Shown one piece after another: positions 34,959 to 43,942 of a stretch of 64,000 nt of DNA (position 1 is its first letter; every line of letters starts with the position of its first letter). The notes under the pieces were generated by a model. The model saw only the letters and a list, made by a program, of their open reading frames with translations, ran no database searches and was not told the DNA's origin. The DNA comes from an uncultured Methanoregula sp. (lineage in GTDB: Archaea > Halobacteriota > Methanomicrobia > Methanomicrobiales > Methanospirillaceae), in the NCBI GenBank assembly GCA_964574125.1, contig CAZNLI010000005.1, positions 431 to 64,430 on the forward strand, given 5' to 3'. The translations under genes were made by a program, and so were the position numbers.

Positions 34959-36100
34959 TGCGCTGTGCCGAATGCAAAGGAAAAGGTCTTTGCGGGCTTC
35001 CCCGGTGCCCGATCATGAGCCGGTTCTACGCCCGGCTGGAGGTAAAACCCAGAAGCAGCTACTCCGGCAGCGCCCCGTCGGTCTTCATCGGGAGCCACGG
35101 GTACCCGGATGTCAGCGGGGGCCCCCTGCTGGTTGACGATCCCGACAACCCGCCGCTCTGGCTCGCAGAAGGGCGCACCATTGACGATATCGTGGGTATC
35201 CGGGCACGGACGATCCGGGGTACAACCGGCATCCGGCGCTATACCGATTCGCTGCAGGAGGTGGCGCTCTCCGACCGGCCCGTCGACGTCGAAGTGGCGT
35301 TCTCGCGCCCCGTCACCTTCGATCTCACCTTTGACGGGACCATCGCGCCGGTGGGGATGTCCGGCGCGATGAAGATGATGGATGTCGTCGGGAATGCCCG
35401 CGTGGACCGTCAGGTCGACCGGGTGACCTCGGACACCGATCTGACCGCAACGGAGGCGTGCGCCGCGCTGGTCTCATCGGACATTGATGTCTATCGGATA
35501 ACCCAGCTTTTCTCCGCAGGACTCCTTGGCAGGAAACGGAAGTTTGTTCCCACCCGGTGGGCAATCACTGCGGTCGATGACACGGTCTCGACGCAGCTGA
35601 AGAAGACGATCGCCCGCTTTCCACCCATCGAAGAGATCCGGCTCTTCTCCGCGGAGATATTCGGGAACCGCATCGTCTGTATCCTTGTGCCCGGCGACTG
35701 GAGGTTCGAGATGATCGAGATCTGGGGCCGCCACACCCTCTGGGGCGGCGATGAGGACGTGATCGTGGAGGACCGGGAAGGCCTGGCAAAACACGGGTAT
35801 TCCCCGATATCCGGGGCCTATTACTCCGCAAGGCTCGCCGTCTGCGAGTACCTCTCCCGGATACAGCGGTGCGCCCGTATAATCCTCATTCGGAGCGTCT
35901 CGAACGAGTACTGGGCGCCTCTCGGGACATGGGTGATCCGGGAGGCGTCGCGCAAGGCGCTGGCACAACCCCCCCAGGTGTTCCCGTCAGTGGACGCGGC
36001 AGTGCCCGAAGCTTCCGCCCGGCTCGGGTTTGCCCACTGGACCCACCACAGCACCCTGATCCCCGAGCTCCGGTCCCAGCGGACGCTCTTTCAGTTCTGA
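34958..36100 (+). CDS. nreA: archaeal Nre-family DNA repair protein (COG1602)
   Basis: N-terminal 'MRCAECKGKGLCGLPRCPI' zinc-ribbon-like opening and the length fit Nre proteins. Start at ATG 34958 inside track ORF 34700..36100. Convergent with the DNA ligase gene. Confidence 0.7.
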   Translation: MRCAECKGKGLCGLPRCPIMSRFYARLEVKPRSSYSGSAPSVFIGSHGYPDVSGGPLLVDDPDNPPLWLAEGRTIDDIVGIRARTIRGTTGIRRYTDSLQEVALSDRPVDVEVAFSRPVTFDLTFDGTIAPVGMSGAMKMMDVVGNARVDRQVDRVTSDTDLTATEACAALVSSDIDVYRITQLFSAGLLGRKRKFVPTRWAITAVDDTVSTQLKKTIARFPPIEEIRLFSAEIFGNRIVCILVPGDWRFEMIEIWGRHTLWGGDEDVIVEDREGLAKHGYSPISGAYYSARLAVCEYLSRIQRCARIILIRSVSNEYWAPLGTWVIREASRKALAQPPQVFPSVDAAVPEASARLGFAHWTHHSTLIPELRSQRTLFQF

Positions 36101-36104
36101 CCGT

Positions 36105-37760
36105 TCAGGTCTGCGTCCCGGATCCCGCAGTGTTTCCCTGCCTGCGGTACCGTTCGCGGATCCCGTCCAGCGTCTCGATGTCCTGGATGTCCTTGTCGTC
36201 CCGGATGCGGATGAACCGGGGGAACCGGAGGGCAAACCCTCCCTCGTAGGTCGGGCTTGTCTGGATCTCCGAGTAGCCGACCTCGAAGACGAGCGTCGGT
36301 TCGAACGTGACCTCCTTCTTTGACGTCGAGATCACGGTCTCTTTCAGCAGGTCGTACACTTCGGCGAGCTGCTCGTCGGAAAACCCGGTGGCAACCCTGC
36401 TCAACGGGAGCAGTTTCCCCTCGCTCTGGCAGGCAAGGAGGAACGAACCGAAGAGGTGGGCGCGTTTCCCCTCCCCCCATTCGGCGCCGATCACAGCAAG
36501 GTCGAGGGTGTCCACGGCGGGCTTGATCTTGATCCAGTTCTTGCCCCGGAGGCCGGGGGTGTACGGGGACGTGAGCACCTTGAGCATGATCCCCTCATGG
36601 CCGACTTCGAGTGCCTGCCGGTAGGTTGCGTCGATAGTATCGGGCTTGTCGCTCACCACCTGCGGGGCGACAAAAAACCTGACCGCGTTTTCCAGCCGTT
36701 TCCTGCGCTTCGCAAAGGGGAGATCGATCAGCGTCTCCCCGTCGAGATACAGGATGTCGAAGACATTGGGGACGAGCCGGATCGCCTCCTGCGCCTCTGC
36801 AACATCGTGTTTCCTGCGGAACCTCCTGAGCACGGACTGGAACGGCATCGGGCGGTCACCGTGCACCGCGATGACCTCCCCGTCAAGGATCACATCGTGG
36901 TCCGTTGCCGTCAGGAGCTGCTGGATCACATCGGGGAGAGCAGCGGTGACATCCTCAAGCCGCCGTGAGTACATCTTCGCCCAGTTCCCTTTCTTGTGGA
37001 ACTGGAACCGGGAACCGTCATACTTGAACTCGGCGGCAACAACCCCATGGTCGGCGATCATCTCCGCGATGGTCCCCTGCTGCGCGAGCATCATCCGGAC
37101 CGGATGGAACGGGGTGAGCCGGACGTCTTTTAATGACTCCGGCCCCTTCTTTGCCCGGAGCGCGACCCCGCCGAGATCGTTTTCCACCTGCATCGCATGC
37201 TCGACAAGGGCGGAATCAACGGAGAATGCCTTTGCGATCGCCTCCCGCACACTGCCTTCCCCGACGCCGATGCGGAGTTCTTCAAGGATTATCCGGGCAA
37301 GGTACCTGCCTTCCAGGGGCCGGGCATCCCCGAGAAGCACCATGACCGCCCGGATCTTCTCTTTCTGGGAGGTCTTCCCCTCCCGCGCCGAGATGCTGAC
37401 CAGCTTCTGGTACACCCCGACAAGATCGAGGGTATGGTAGGATAACGAGGTCTGGGTTTTCACCGCGAGCAGTTCCTCGACTGCCGTTCCCACGTCGCCG
37501 GTCCTGTTGATCCTCTCGATGACCTCGGTCTTTTTGATCCCGGCAACATTCCTGATGGCCTCGTACAGGAGGTTTGGCCCGATCCCGAGTTTCTGCGAGC
37601 TCCAGTCGGGAAAGATCCTTCCCATGACAAACCGGACGAAGACCGGGAGCTCTTCATCCGAAAGGCCCGGAAGTTCGCGGCTTATGATCTCGATCATCTC
37701 CAGCCGCCCCCGGGTCTTCTCCAGTCTCTCGCAGCACCTGGAAAAATCGATAAAAAGCAT
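36105..37760 (-). CDS. lig: ATP-dependent DNA ligase
   Basis: Adenylation motif I 'EFKYDGSR', 'LDGEVIA', 'EGIMLK', 'WIKIKP', and an OB-fold C-terminus. 551 aa, typical archaeal Lig. Confidence 0.95.
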   Translation of the reverse strand: MLFIDFSRCCERLEKTRGRLEMIEIISRELPGLSDEELPVFVRFVMGRIFPDWSSQKLGIGPNLLYEAIRNVAGIKKTEVIERINRTGDVGTAVEELLAVKTQTSLSYHTLDLVGVYQKLVSISAREGKTSQKEKIRAVMVLLGDARPLEGRYLARIILEELRIGVGEGSVREAIAKAFSVDSALVEHAMQVENDLGGVALRAKKGPESLKDVRLTPFHPVRMMLAQQGTIAEMIADHGVVAAEFKYDGSRFQFHKKGNWAKMYSRRLEDVTAALPDVIQQLLTATDHDVILDGEVIAVHGDRPMPFQSVLRRFRRKHDVAEAQEAIRLVPNVFDILYLDGETLIDLPFAKRRKRLENAVRFFVAPQVVSDKPDTIDATYRQALEVGHEGIMLKVLTSPYTPGLRGKNWIKIKPAVDTLDLAVIGAEWGEGKRAHLFGSFLLACQSEGKLLPLSRVATGFSDEQLAEVYDLLKETVISTSKKEVTFEPTLVFEVGYSEIQTSPTYEGGFALRFPRFIRIRDDKDIQDIETLDGIRERYRRQGNTAGSGTQT

Positions 37761-37977
37761 TGTGTCTCTTCTTCTCTTGCCGCAGGCAGAGATTAAGATT
37801 GTGATAAACTGTGAGAGAAAGAGATCGTCAGGTTTGCCGCCGGCCCGGCAGCATTACCGGCCTGTTGGCGACGATCACCATCGTCTTTGGACGATCGCAG
37901 GTTACCGGGGGTTCCCCCGGTTCTTTTGTGTGAAACGGATGCCGGTTGACGATGCCCGCCCATAATTTACCGGGAGT

Positions 37978-38766
37978 TTACAGGGAGAATTCCTGGGGGG
38001 ATTTTTGGCTTGTCCCCTTTTGCGATGCCACAATGACGGTTGTCTGATCGAACAGGAGCCCAAGACCGTTCCGGGCACAGGCCATCGCTTTCTCCGGGGT
38101 GTTGTTGATCTCGCTTAAATGGGCGAGCACGAGTACCGGGGCATTATGCCCGAGCTGCTGCAGGCACGCTTCCGCGGCAGGATTCGAGAGGTGGCCTGTC
38201 TCTGAACGGATCCGCCGTTTCAGCGATTCCGGGTACGGCCCTTCCTTCAGCATGACCGGGCAGTGGTTGCTCTCGAGGACAATCCCGTCGCAACGAAGGA
38301 GGTGTTCCATCATCGTTCCGGTAATTATGCCGGTATCGGTACAGATGCCAAGCCGCATCCCGTCTTCACGGAGGACGAACCCGCAGGGTTCCCCTGCATC
38401 ATGGGACGTTGCAAAAGGTTCGATGGAGAAATCTCCGATGGGAAATTCATTGTTACACGTGCATTTCCTGAAGAACCCGGAGTCTCTGGATTTGTTGCAT
38501 GACGGGGGGAGGTTATCAACCGTTCCCGGCGTCGCATATGCCGGGATATTGAGCCGGCGGGTGAGGACATCGACGCCGCCGATATGATCCCCGTGTTCAT
38601 GGGTGACAAGGATAGCCCGGATAAGACCCGGATCTTTTCCCGCACCTGCCAGCCGCTTCAGGATCTCCTTTGCCGAAAGCCCCGCATCGACAAGGAGACT
38701 TCCCCCGGACCCTTCGACAAGAAAACAGTTACCTTTGCTGCCGCTCGCAATAACCGTGCACCGCAT
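37978..38766 (-). CDS. MBL-fold metallo-hydrolase
   Basis: 'THEHGDHIGG' (HxHxDH) plus downstream His/Asp ligands. 262 aa. Confidence 0.88.
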   Translation of the reverse strand: MRCTVIASGSKGNCFLVEGSGGSLLVDAGLSAKEILKRLAGAGKDPGLIRAILVTHEHGDHIGGVDVLTRRLNIPAYATPGTVDNLPPSCNKSRDSGFFRKCTCNNEFPIGDFSIEPFATSHDAGEPCGFVLREDGMRLGICTDTGIITGTMMEHLLRCDGIVLESNHCPVMLKEGPYPESLKRRIRSETGHLSNPAAEACLQQLGHNAPVLVLAHLSEINNTPEKAMACARNGLGLLFDQTTVIVASQKGTSQKSPQEFSL

Positions 38767-38823
38767 GCGCAGAAAAGAGTTGGATCGTTATGGTATTTAC
38801 CTGATGGCAATCAGGAAGATCCC

Positions 38824-39009
38824 TTATTTTGCGGGTTTGCGGCTCTCGATCTCGGCAAGGACAGGTGCAATCGTCTTCGTGTTGATCGAACGGCGCAGGA
38901 GCGTTGTGAGCCTGCGGCAGTACTGGATATGGGCGAGCTGGAAACTGACAATCAGCCCGAAACAGAATGTCGTGATTGCAATCAGGCAGTAACTGAGTAT
39001 ATCGGCCAT
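38824..39009 (-). CDS. 61-aa single-TM small protein (hypothetical)
   Basis: MADILSYCLIAITTFCFGLIVSFQLA... Same architecture as the adjacent 39024..39212 product (N-terminal TM plus charged tail ending ...APVLAEIE / ...VPIVDELARE). Confidence 0.5.
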   Translation of the reverse strand: MADILSYCLIAITTFCFGLIVSFQLAHIQYCRRLTTLLRRSINTKTIAPVLAEIESRKPAK

Positions 39010-39023
39010 GGTATCTCCCTCCT

Positions 39024-39212
39024 TTATGTCTCCCGTGCCAGTTCATCGACGATCGGGACCGTGGATTCTGCATCGGAACACTCCTGTGCAACCACAAGGA
39101 ACCGTTTCGTATAAAACATGGTCAGGAGGAGGTACCCGGCGATCAGGCCGATGACGAATGTCATGAAACCGATCCCGATATATATAACAAGATCCATCAT
39201 CAAATCTGTCAT
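39024..39212 (-). CDS. 62-aa single-TM small protein (hypothetical), tandem partner
   Basis: MTDLMMDLVIYIGIGFMTFVIGLIAGYLLL... An AT-rich TATA-like element (TTTAATATACC, minus sense) lies about 35 nt upstream in 39213-39289. Confidence 0.5.
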   Translation of the reverse strand: MTDLMMDLVIYIGIGFMTFVIGLIAGYLLLTMFYTKRFLVVAQECSDAESTVPIVDELARET

Positions 39213-39289
39213 TTTCCAAGCCTCATTGGAATTTACAGGGTATATTAAAGATAATGAAAGTGATGTTTATATACCTGTTGAAGAAGTCC

Positions 39290-40375
39290 TCATTCGTCTC
39301 TGATGACATGGATTGCGGTCGCTTTGATGGAAGCCGTGACTGAAGATCCGACTGAGAGATTCAGTTCATCGCAGGATTTCCCGGTCAGCACAGCGTTCAG
39401 CAGCATGCCGCTGTAGTCTGCCGTGACCCGGGTGTATGGCCCCAGCGGGACCATTTTTTTAATCGTCCCCTGCAGGAAGTTGCGTGCACTACCGTGCGAC
39501 GGAGAAGCGTCAGGAAGCCCGAGCGTCACATCCTCCGGCCGGATGCAGAGCGCCACCCGCGTCCCCGGCCGTTCGCCGGTGATCGCCTCGATCCTGACAT
39601 CCCCGACTGCGATCGTCGTAAGACCATTCTCGCTACTTTCGACGATTCCTCCCCGGACCGGCTCGATCCCGACAAACGATGCGACAGCCCGGTTGACCGG
39701 GTGGTAGAAGACCGAGTCAAGGTTTCCCGCCTGTACGAGATGCCCGTCCATGATCACCCCGATGCGGTGCGCGAGGCGTTGCCCCTGGATAAGGTCGTGG
39801 GTTGAGAGGACGATGGTTGTCGAAAATTTCCTGTTGATGTGCAGGATGAGATCCTCGATCATCTCCGAATTCGCCGGGTCGAGGTTTGCCGTCGGTTCGT
39901 CGAGAAACAGGATATCCGGTCTCGTGACGATTGCCCGCGCGATCGCGAGCCGCTGCATCTCGCCGCCGGAAAGGGTGACCGCCCGCCGGCCGGTAAGGTG
40001 GGAGAGCTTAACCAGGTTCAGCGCGCCCGCGACATCCCGTGAAATCTCATCCCCGGGTATCTTCCGGAACTTCAGGCCGGAGGCGACATTCTCTTCAACG
40101 GTGCTGTTCAGGACGGCGGGTTTCTGGAATACCATGGCCATCCTTCTCCGGAGGGAAAGCCGCTCCTGCGCGGAGACGTCTGTTACGGATCCGTTGATGG
40201 CGATTGAACCTGTTGTCGGCAGGTCAAGGAGATCGAGGAGCCGGAGGAGGCTCGTTTTCCCGCTGCCGGACGGGCCGATCAGGGTGAAGATCTCCCCCTT
40301 CCGTATCTCAAGGTCGATACCGTCAAGGATAGCCCGGTTGCCGATACGGCGTGAAACGCCGGTGATCCGGATCAT
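39290..40375 (-). CDS. tupC: tungstate/molybdate ABC transporter ATP-binding protein with C-terminal TOBE-like domain
   Basis: Walker A GPSGSGKT, LSGGEMQRL, FLDEPT. C-terminal about 120-aa OB/TOBE-like extension. Last gene of the tupABC-like operon. Confidence 0.8.
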   Translation of the reverse strand: MIRITGVSRRIGNRAILDGIDLEIRKGEIFTLIGPSGSGKTSLLRLLDLLDLPTTGSIAINGSVTDVSAQERLSLRRRMAMVFQKPAVLNSTVEENVASGLKFRKIPGDEISRDVAGALNLVKLSHLTGRRAVTLSGGEMQRLAIARAIVTRPDILFLDEPTANLDPANSEMIEDLILHINRKFSTTIVLSTHDLIQGQRLAHRIGVIMDGHLVQAGNLDSVFYHPVNRAVASFVGIEPVRGGIVESSENGLTTIAVGDVRIEAITGERPGTRVALCIRPEDVTLGLPDASPSHGSARNFLQGTIKKMVPLGPYTRVTADYSGMLLNAVLTGKSCDELNLSVGSSVTASIKATAIHVIRDE

Positions 40376-41100
40376 CAGTGCTGCCCTCCCAGCGCCACCA
40401 GCTGGTCCCGCGAGAGGCCGGCCGTGATGATATTGAGAACGACAACGACGATGAGCGCGATACTGAGCAGGATGATGCCAAGGGCAATCGAGAACCCGAA
40501 GTTGCCCATGCCTGTCTCGAGCGCGATTGCCGTCGTCAGCACGCGGGTTGCTCCCCGGATGTTCCCGCCGATCATCATGGCAACGCCAACCTCGGAGATC
40601 GCCCGGCCGAACCCGAGAACGACCGCGCTTAAGATTGCAAACCGGGCCTCCTTTACAATTGCAACGATGCCCTGGAATTCCGTGGCCCCGAGGGAGATCA
40701 GCATGTCGCGGATGTCCGATCCCACTCCGCTTAACGCCGAAATGACAAGCCCCATCATGATCGGCATGATCAGGATCATCTGGCCGACGATCATCCCCTC
40801 CGGGGTAAAGAGGAGGCCGAAGAACCCGAGCGGCCCGGACCGGGAGATCATGAGGTAGATCAACAGGCCGACGACGACGGTCGGGACGGAGTAGAGGGTC
40901 TGGATCAGCACAATGAGCACACGTTTGCCCCGGAACTCGCGGAAATGGATGAGCCCGGCGACCGGTATGGCGATGAGAGCGGCAAGGACGGTTGCGGCAA
41001 GCGAGATATAGAGCGAGAGCGCCGCGATCCCGAACACTTCGGGATTGAGTGTGACAATCAGATCGACAGCTTGGGAAAGACCATCAAGAATCTCGATCAT
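40375..41100 (-). CDS. tupB: tungstate ABC transporter permease
   Basis: Six-TM binding-protein-dependent permease with an EAA-like loop 'SLGATEFQGIVAIVKEARFAI'. Adjacent to the TupA-like binding protein. Confidence 0.8.
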   Translation of the reverse strand: MIEILDGLSQAVDLIVTLNPEVFGIAALSLYISLAATVLAALIAIPVAGLIHFREFRGKRVLIVLIQTLYSVPTVVVGLLIYLMISRSGPLGFFGLLFTPEGMIVGQMILIMPIMMGLVISALSGVGSDIRDMLISLGATEFQGIVAIVKEARFAILSAVVLGFGRAISEVGVAMMIGGNIRGATRVLTTAIALETGMGNFGFSIALGIILLSIALIVVVVLNIITAGLSRDQLVALGGQH

Positions 41101-41261
41101 GCAGAATGATCCTGCGTCTCATGTACCGGCATGGATGTCGTACCGTTCCGATCTGTATCCGATAACTTCCTGGATCCGGGCGATCCATCCCCGCGGCCTG
41201 ATCGGGTATGAGGATGATGCCGGAACAGGCACCCTTGCAGCATTGTAAAAAAATGAGAGGA

Positions 41262-42320
41262 TTATTTTGCCGTGGTTGCAGCCGCTGCCGCCGTTGTTGC
41301 TGCGGCGGTTGTTGCCGAGGCATTGACCGCCGGCTTTACTGCGGTTGCCGGGGTTGTGTGGTCTGCAACCCAGCCAGCCGGTGCGTCAGGAACACTCACG
41401 CTCATCGGGGTGAAGAGCGATTTCCCGTACTTGTCGACACCGAACTGCCCGATCTGTGCCTGGGTCTCATTGGAGATCAGGAAGTTGACGAAGTTGTTTG
41501 CCATTGCGATCTTGTCTGCCGGCTGCTTGTCATTGTAGACAGTCATGACGCTGTAGACATTGAGCATGCTCTTTCCTGACGTAACGACCGGTACAAGCGT
41601 TAAGTTGCTCTTGTAGGCAAGGAATGTCCCCTCGTCGGTCAAAGCGTATGCTTTCTTCTCGCTTGCCATCTGGAGGGTCTCTCCCATACCCTTCCCGGCT
41701 TCGATATACCAGGCACCGGAGTTCTCTACCTTTGCCGTGTAGTTATACCCGGCATTCTTCCAGACAGTCTTCTCCGCGCTGTGGGTTCCGGAGTTGTCGC
41801 CACGGGACACGAAATAGATCCCGACGGTCTTGTTCGTCCCCTTGGTGTACAGGGTCGTGAAGGCCGCTTCCGGGGTCATGTTCTTGATGCCTGCCGGGTC
41901 ATCGGCCGGGCCGACGATCTCGAAGTAGTTTGAGGCAAAGGAGCGCCGGTTCAGGCCATTCCCACCCTTCATGAAATCGAGTTCCTGGGTCGGCGAGTGG
42001 ACAAGGAGGACATCGGCGTCGCCTGCCTTGGCAAGCTCGATGGCCTTGCCGGTTCCCTGCGACGTGATCTTGAGATCGACGTTGTACTTCTTCTCGAAGA
42101 TCGGCTCAAGGTAGTTGAGCAGGCCGGTATCGTACAGGCTGGTCGTAGTCGCGATAACAAGCGTTGACGGCGCAGCCGTTGTCGGTGCGGCGGTTGTGGC
42201 AACCGGTGTTGTCGTTGCCGGGGTTGTAGTCTGCTGGGATGTGCATCCTGCGATAAACGCTCCCGTTGCAATGAAGAGCGCCAGAAGCAGGACCATTGAC
42301 AGTTTTAAGGAACCTTTCAT
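41262..42320 (-). CDS. tupA: tungstate-binding protein TupA-like (lipoprotein) with Thr/Ala-rich C-terminal tail
   Basis: Lipobox 'FIAGC'. TupA signature 'LVIATTTSLYDTGLLNYLEPIFEKKY', 'GTGKAIELAKAGDADVLLVHSP', 'NYFEIVGPADDPAGI'. Confidence 0.8.
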   Translation of the reverse strand: MKGSLKLSMVLLLALFIATGAFIAGCTSQQTTTPATTTPVATTAAPTTAAPSTLVIATTTSLYDTGLLNYLEPIFEKKYNVDLKITSQGTGKAIELAKAGDADVLLVHSPTQELDFMKGGNGLNRRSFASNYFEIVGPADDPAGIKNMTPEAAFTTLYTKGTNKTVGIYFVSRGDNSGTHSAEKTVWKNAGYNYTAKVENSGAWYIEAGKGMGETLQMASEKKAYALTDEGTFLAYKSNLTLVPVVTSGKSMLNVYSVMTVYNDKQPADKIAMANNFVNFLISNETQAQIGQFGVDKYGKSLFTPMSVSVPDAPAGWVADHTTPATAVKPAVNASATTAAATTAAAAATTAK

Positions 42321-42410
42321 GAGTAAAACGTCCTTTCGTTAGAACTTACTGCCTGATGATAGATATTATTTATTATCCGGTTCGGTCAAACCAAGAACGT
42401 TAATCAATTG

Positions 42411-42428
42411 GTAAACCAGATGGTTTAC
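42411..42428. promoter_or_regulatory. perfect 8-2-8 inverted repeat GTAAACCA-GA-TGGTTTAC upstream of tupA
   Basis: Seen directly. Lies 91 nt upstream of the tupA ATG (42320) and 29 nt downstream of the 42457 gene stop. The half-site GGTAAACCA recurs at 51110-51118. Confidence 0.5.
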
Positions 42429-42456
42429 TTCTTTATCAGAGTGCCGCACGCACTGG

Positions 42457-42804
42457 TCAGCGGATACCGCATTTTCTGACAAGTTCCCGGAAAATTTCAG
42501 GACCCAGGATCTCGCCCGTTTCCTTCGCGTACCGGGTCTTCATCAGCCCGATCATCATCCGGGTGCCCTTGTCCGTTGTCAGGATGCCGACTCTTTCAGC
42601 ACGGGTGACAAGATCCTGTTCCTCCATCATCGCAAAATAGGGAAGGACATAGTAATGGGGAACCTCAAGGTATTCCGCGAGCCTTCGGGTTGTCGGGAAC
42701 CTGATCCGGACCGTGTCTCTGGAAAATGAAAGCGATATCGACCCTTCCTGCAGCTGGATCCGGACTGCGGTGTCAACGAGGATATCTATGGAAAGTGCGG
42801 CCAT
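42457..42804 (-). CDS. small winged-helix-like protein (hypothetical regulator)
   Basis: 115 aa. 'TTRRLAEYLEVPHYYVLPYFAMMEEQDLVTRAERVGILTTDKG' looks like a wHTH. Sits between the IDDTD gene and the tup operon. Confidence 0.5.
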   Translation of the reverse strand: MAALSIDILVDTAVRIQLQEGSISLSFSRDTVRIRFPTTRRLAEYLEVPHYYVLPYFAMMEEQDLVTRAERVGILTTDKGTRMMIGLMKTRYAKETGEILGPEIFRELVRKCGIR

Positions 42805-42945
42805 TGTCCTGTAACTGGTATATTTTACCTGCGGGGATTATGAGGCTTTTCCCCGGCCTTCTTTTGGAGACGGCGAATCCCGGATGATCCCTGGGCATGT
42901 CCCGGAAATCTTCCGGTATCCCGGACCGGACGGAACGGGCTCTTG

Positions 42946-43704
42946 TCAGTCCCTTTTAATCGCGGTGAGGATCCCGTCCTGCTCCTCGACAAAGAGGATT
43001 GTCCTCCCATTCACCGGACATGCCTTTGGGGACTTGCGCTCTTCGTTCATGATAATCCCTTCGGTAATCGTCCGCCCGTCCAGTGTGCAGACTTCATCGA
43101 CACCTGCGGCAAGAAGTTGTCCGATGGATACCGGACCGGTCAGGTCCCGGATCTTCCCCCGCTGGAGGAACCTGCCGTCATTCAGATTGACCGCGAGGCC
43201 GAGGCCGGCCATGGCACCGATGACGCCGTCTTCAGTACCCCCGAGACCTTTGAGACGGATATTCAGGTTCTTTGCAAGCGTCCGGGCTTTTGCCTGCGTC
43301 TGGATCGAGCACTTTGCATCTTTCCCGAACGCGATCAAGGGTGGGGCAACCTCGCCCGCCCGGGCCACGGCAAGGCCGGGGTCGCTGCCCTTGATAAAAT
43401 CGGCGAGCATGACCTGCTCTGCGGTCGTAAATATCCTTTCAAGATCCGCATTACCGTTTGTCCGGAGGTGGATGACGGCGCAGCTGTTGTGCGAGGTGTA
43501 GGGGATATCGGGGTGCACGAAAAGCTGGTGGCGCGTAACGCCGTATATGGGGTACTCCTTTGCAAGCGTGTCTGCAACCGCACGGGCAAGCCGTCCGGTG
43601 CCGCGGGAGTCGAGGTTATCGGTGTCGTCGATGCTGACAAGTACGGTCATAACAGGGTCCTGGTACTGTTTTCTGGAAAGGGGGATATATTCCTGCTTAA
43701 ACAC
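42946..43704 (-). CDS. stand-alone TiaS-kinase-domain-like 'IDDTD' protein, paralog 1
   Basis: Motifs 'VSIDDTDNLDSRGTGRLAR', 'HPDIPYTSHNSCAVIH', 'GSDPGLAV' and 'GGTEDGVIGAMAGLGLA' occur in the same order as motifs I recall from the TiaS N-terminal domain. The likely start is M19 (MTVLVSIDDTD, 43650). Paralog at 50337..51044. Confidence 0.55.
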   Translation of the reverse strand: MFKQEYIPLSRKQYQDPVMTVLVSIDDTDNLDSRGTGRLARAVADTLAKEYPIYGVTRHQLFVHPDIPYTSHNSCAVIHLRTNGNADLERIFTTAEQVMLADFIKGSDPGLAVARAGEVAPPLIAFGKDAKCSIQTQAKARTLAKNLNIRLKGLGGTEDGVIGAMAGLGLAVNLNDGRFLQRGKIRDLTGPVSIGQLLAAGVDEVCTLDGRTITEGIIMNEERKSPKACPVNGRTILFVEEQDGILTAIKRD

Positions 43705-43942
43705 GATCCGATGGTAACGTCTTTCTGTTAATCCGGTGGGGATTGTTTCGTCAGATAATCCCGATCAGAACTTTCAAAAAATCCTGTCTTCTTTTTCAGT
43801 GCATGGCAACGGTGCCTTGCATCTATTTATTTTACTTTGCATAAAAGTTAACATTTATTGGAAGAGTCCATACCGGTGATCTGTGGCTCCGCGTTAGCGG
43901 GCAGTTTCCCGTTCACCCCGCGGTCCGGATGGACGCTCCCCT

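Noticed and set aside
37905-37920. Perfect hairpin CCGGGGG-TT-CCCCCGG followed by TTCTTTTGTGTG, looking like an intrinsic terminator on the plus strand
   Set aside because: No plus-strand gene ends upstream of it. For the minus-strand MBL gene the hairpin is not followed by a T-tract. A 2-nt loop is also sterically poor. Its function is undetermined.
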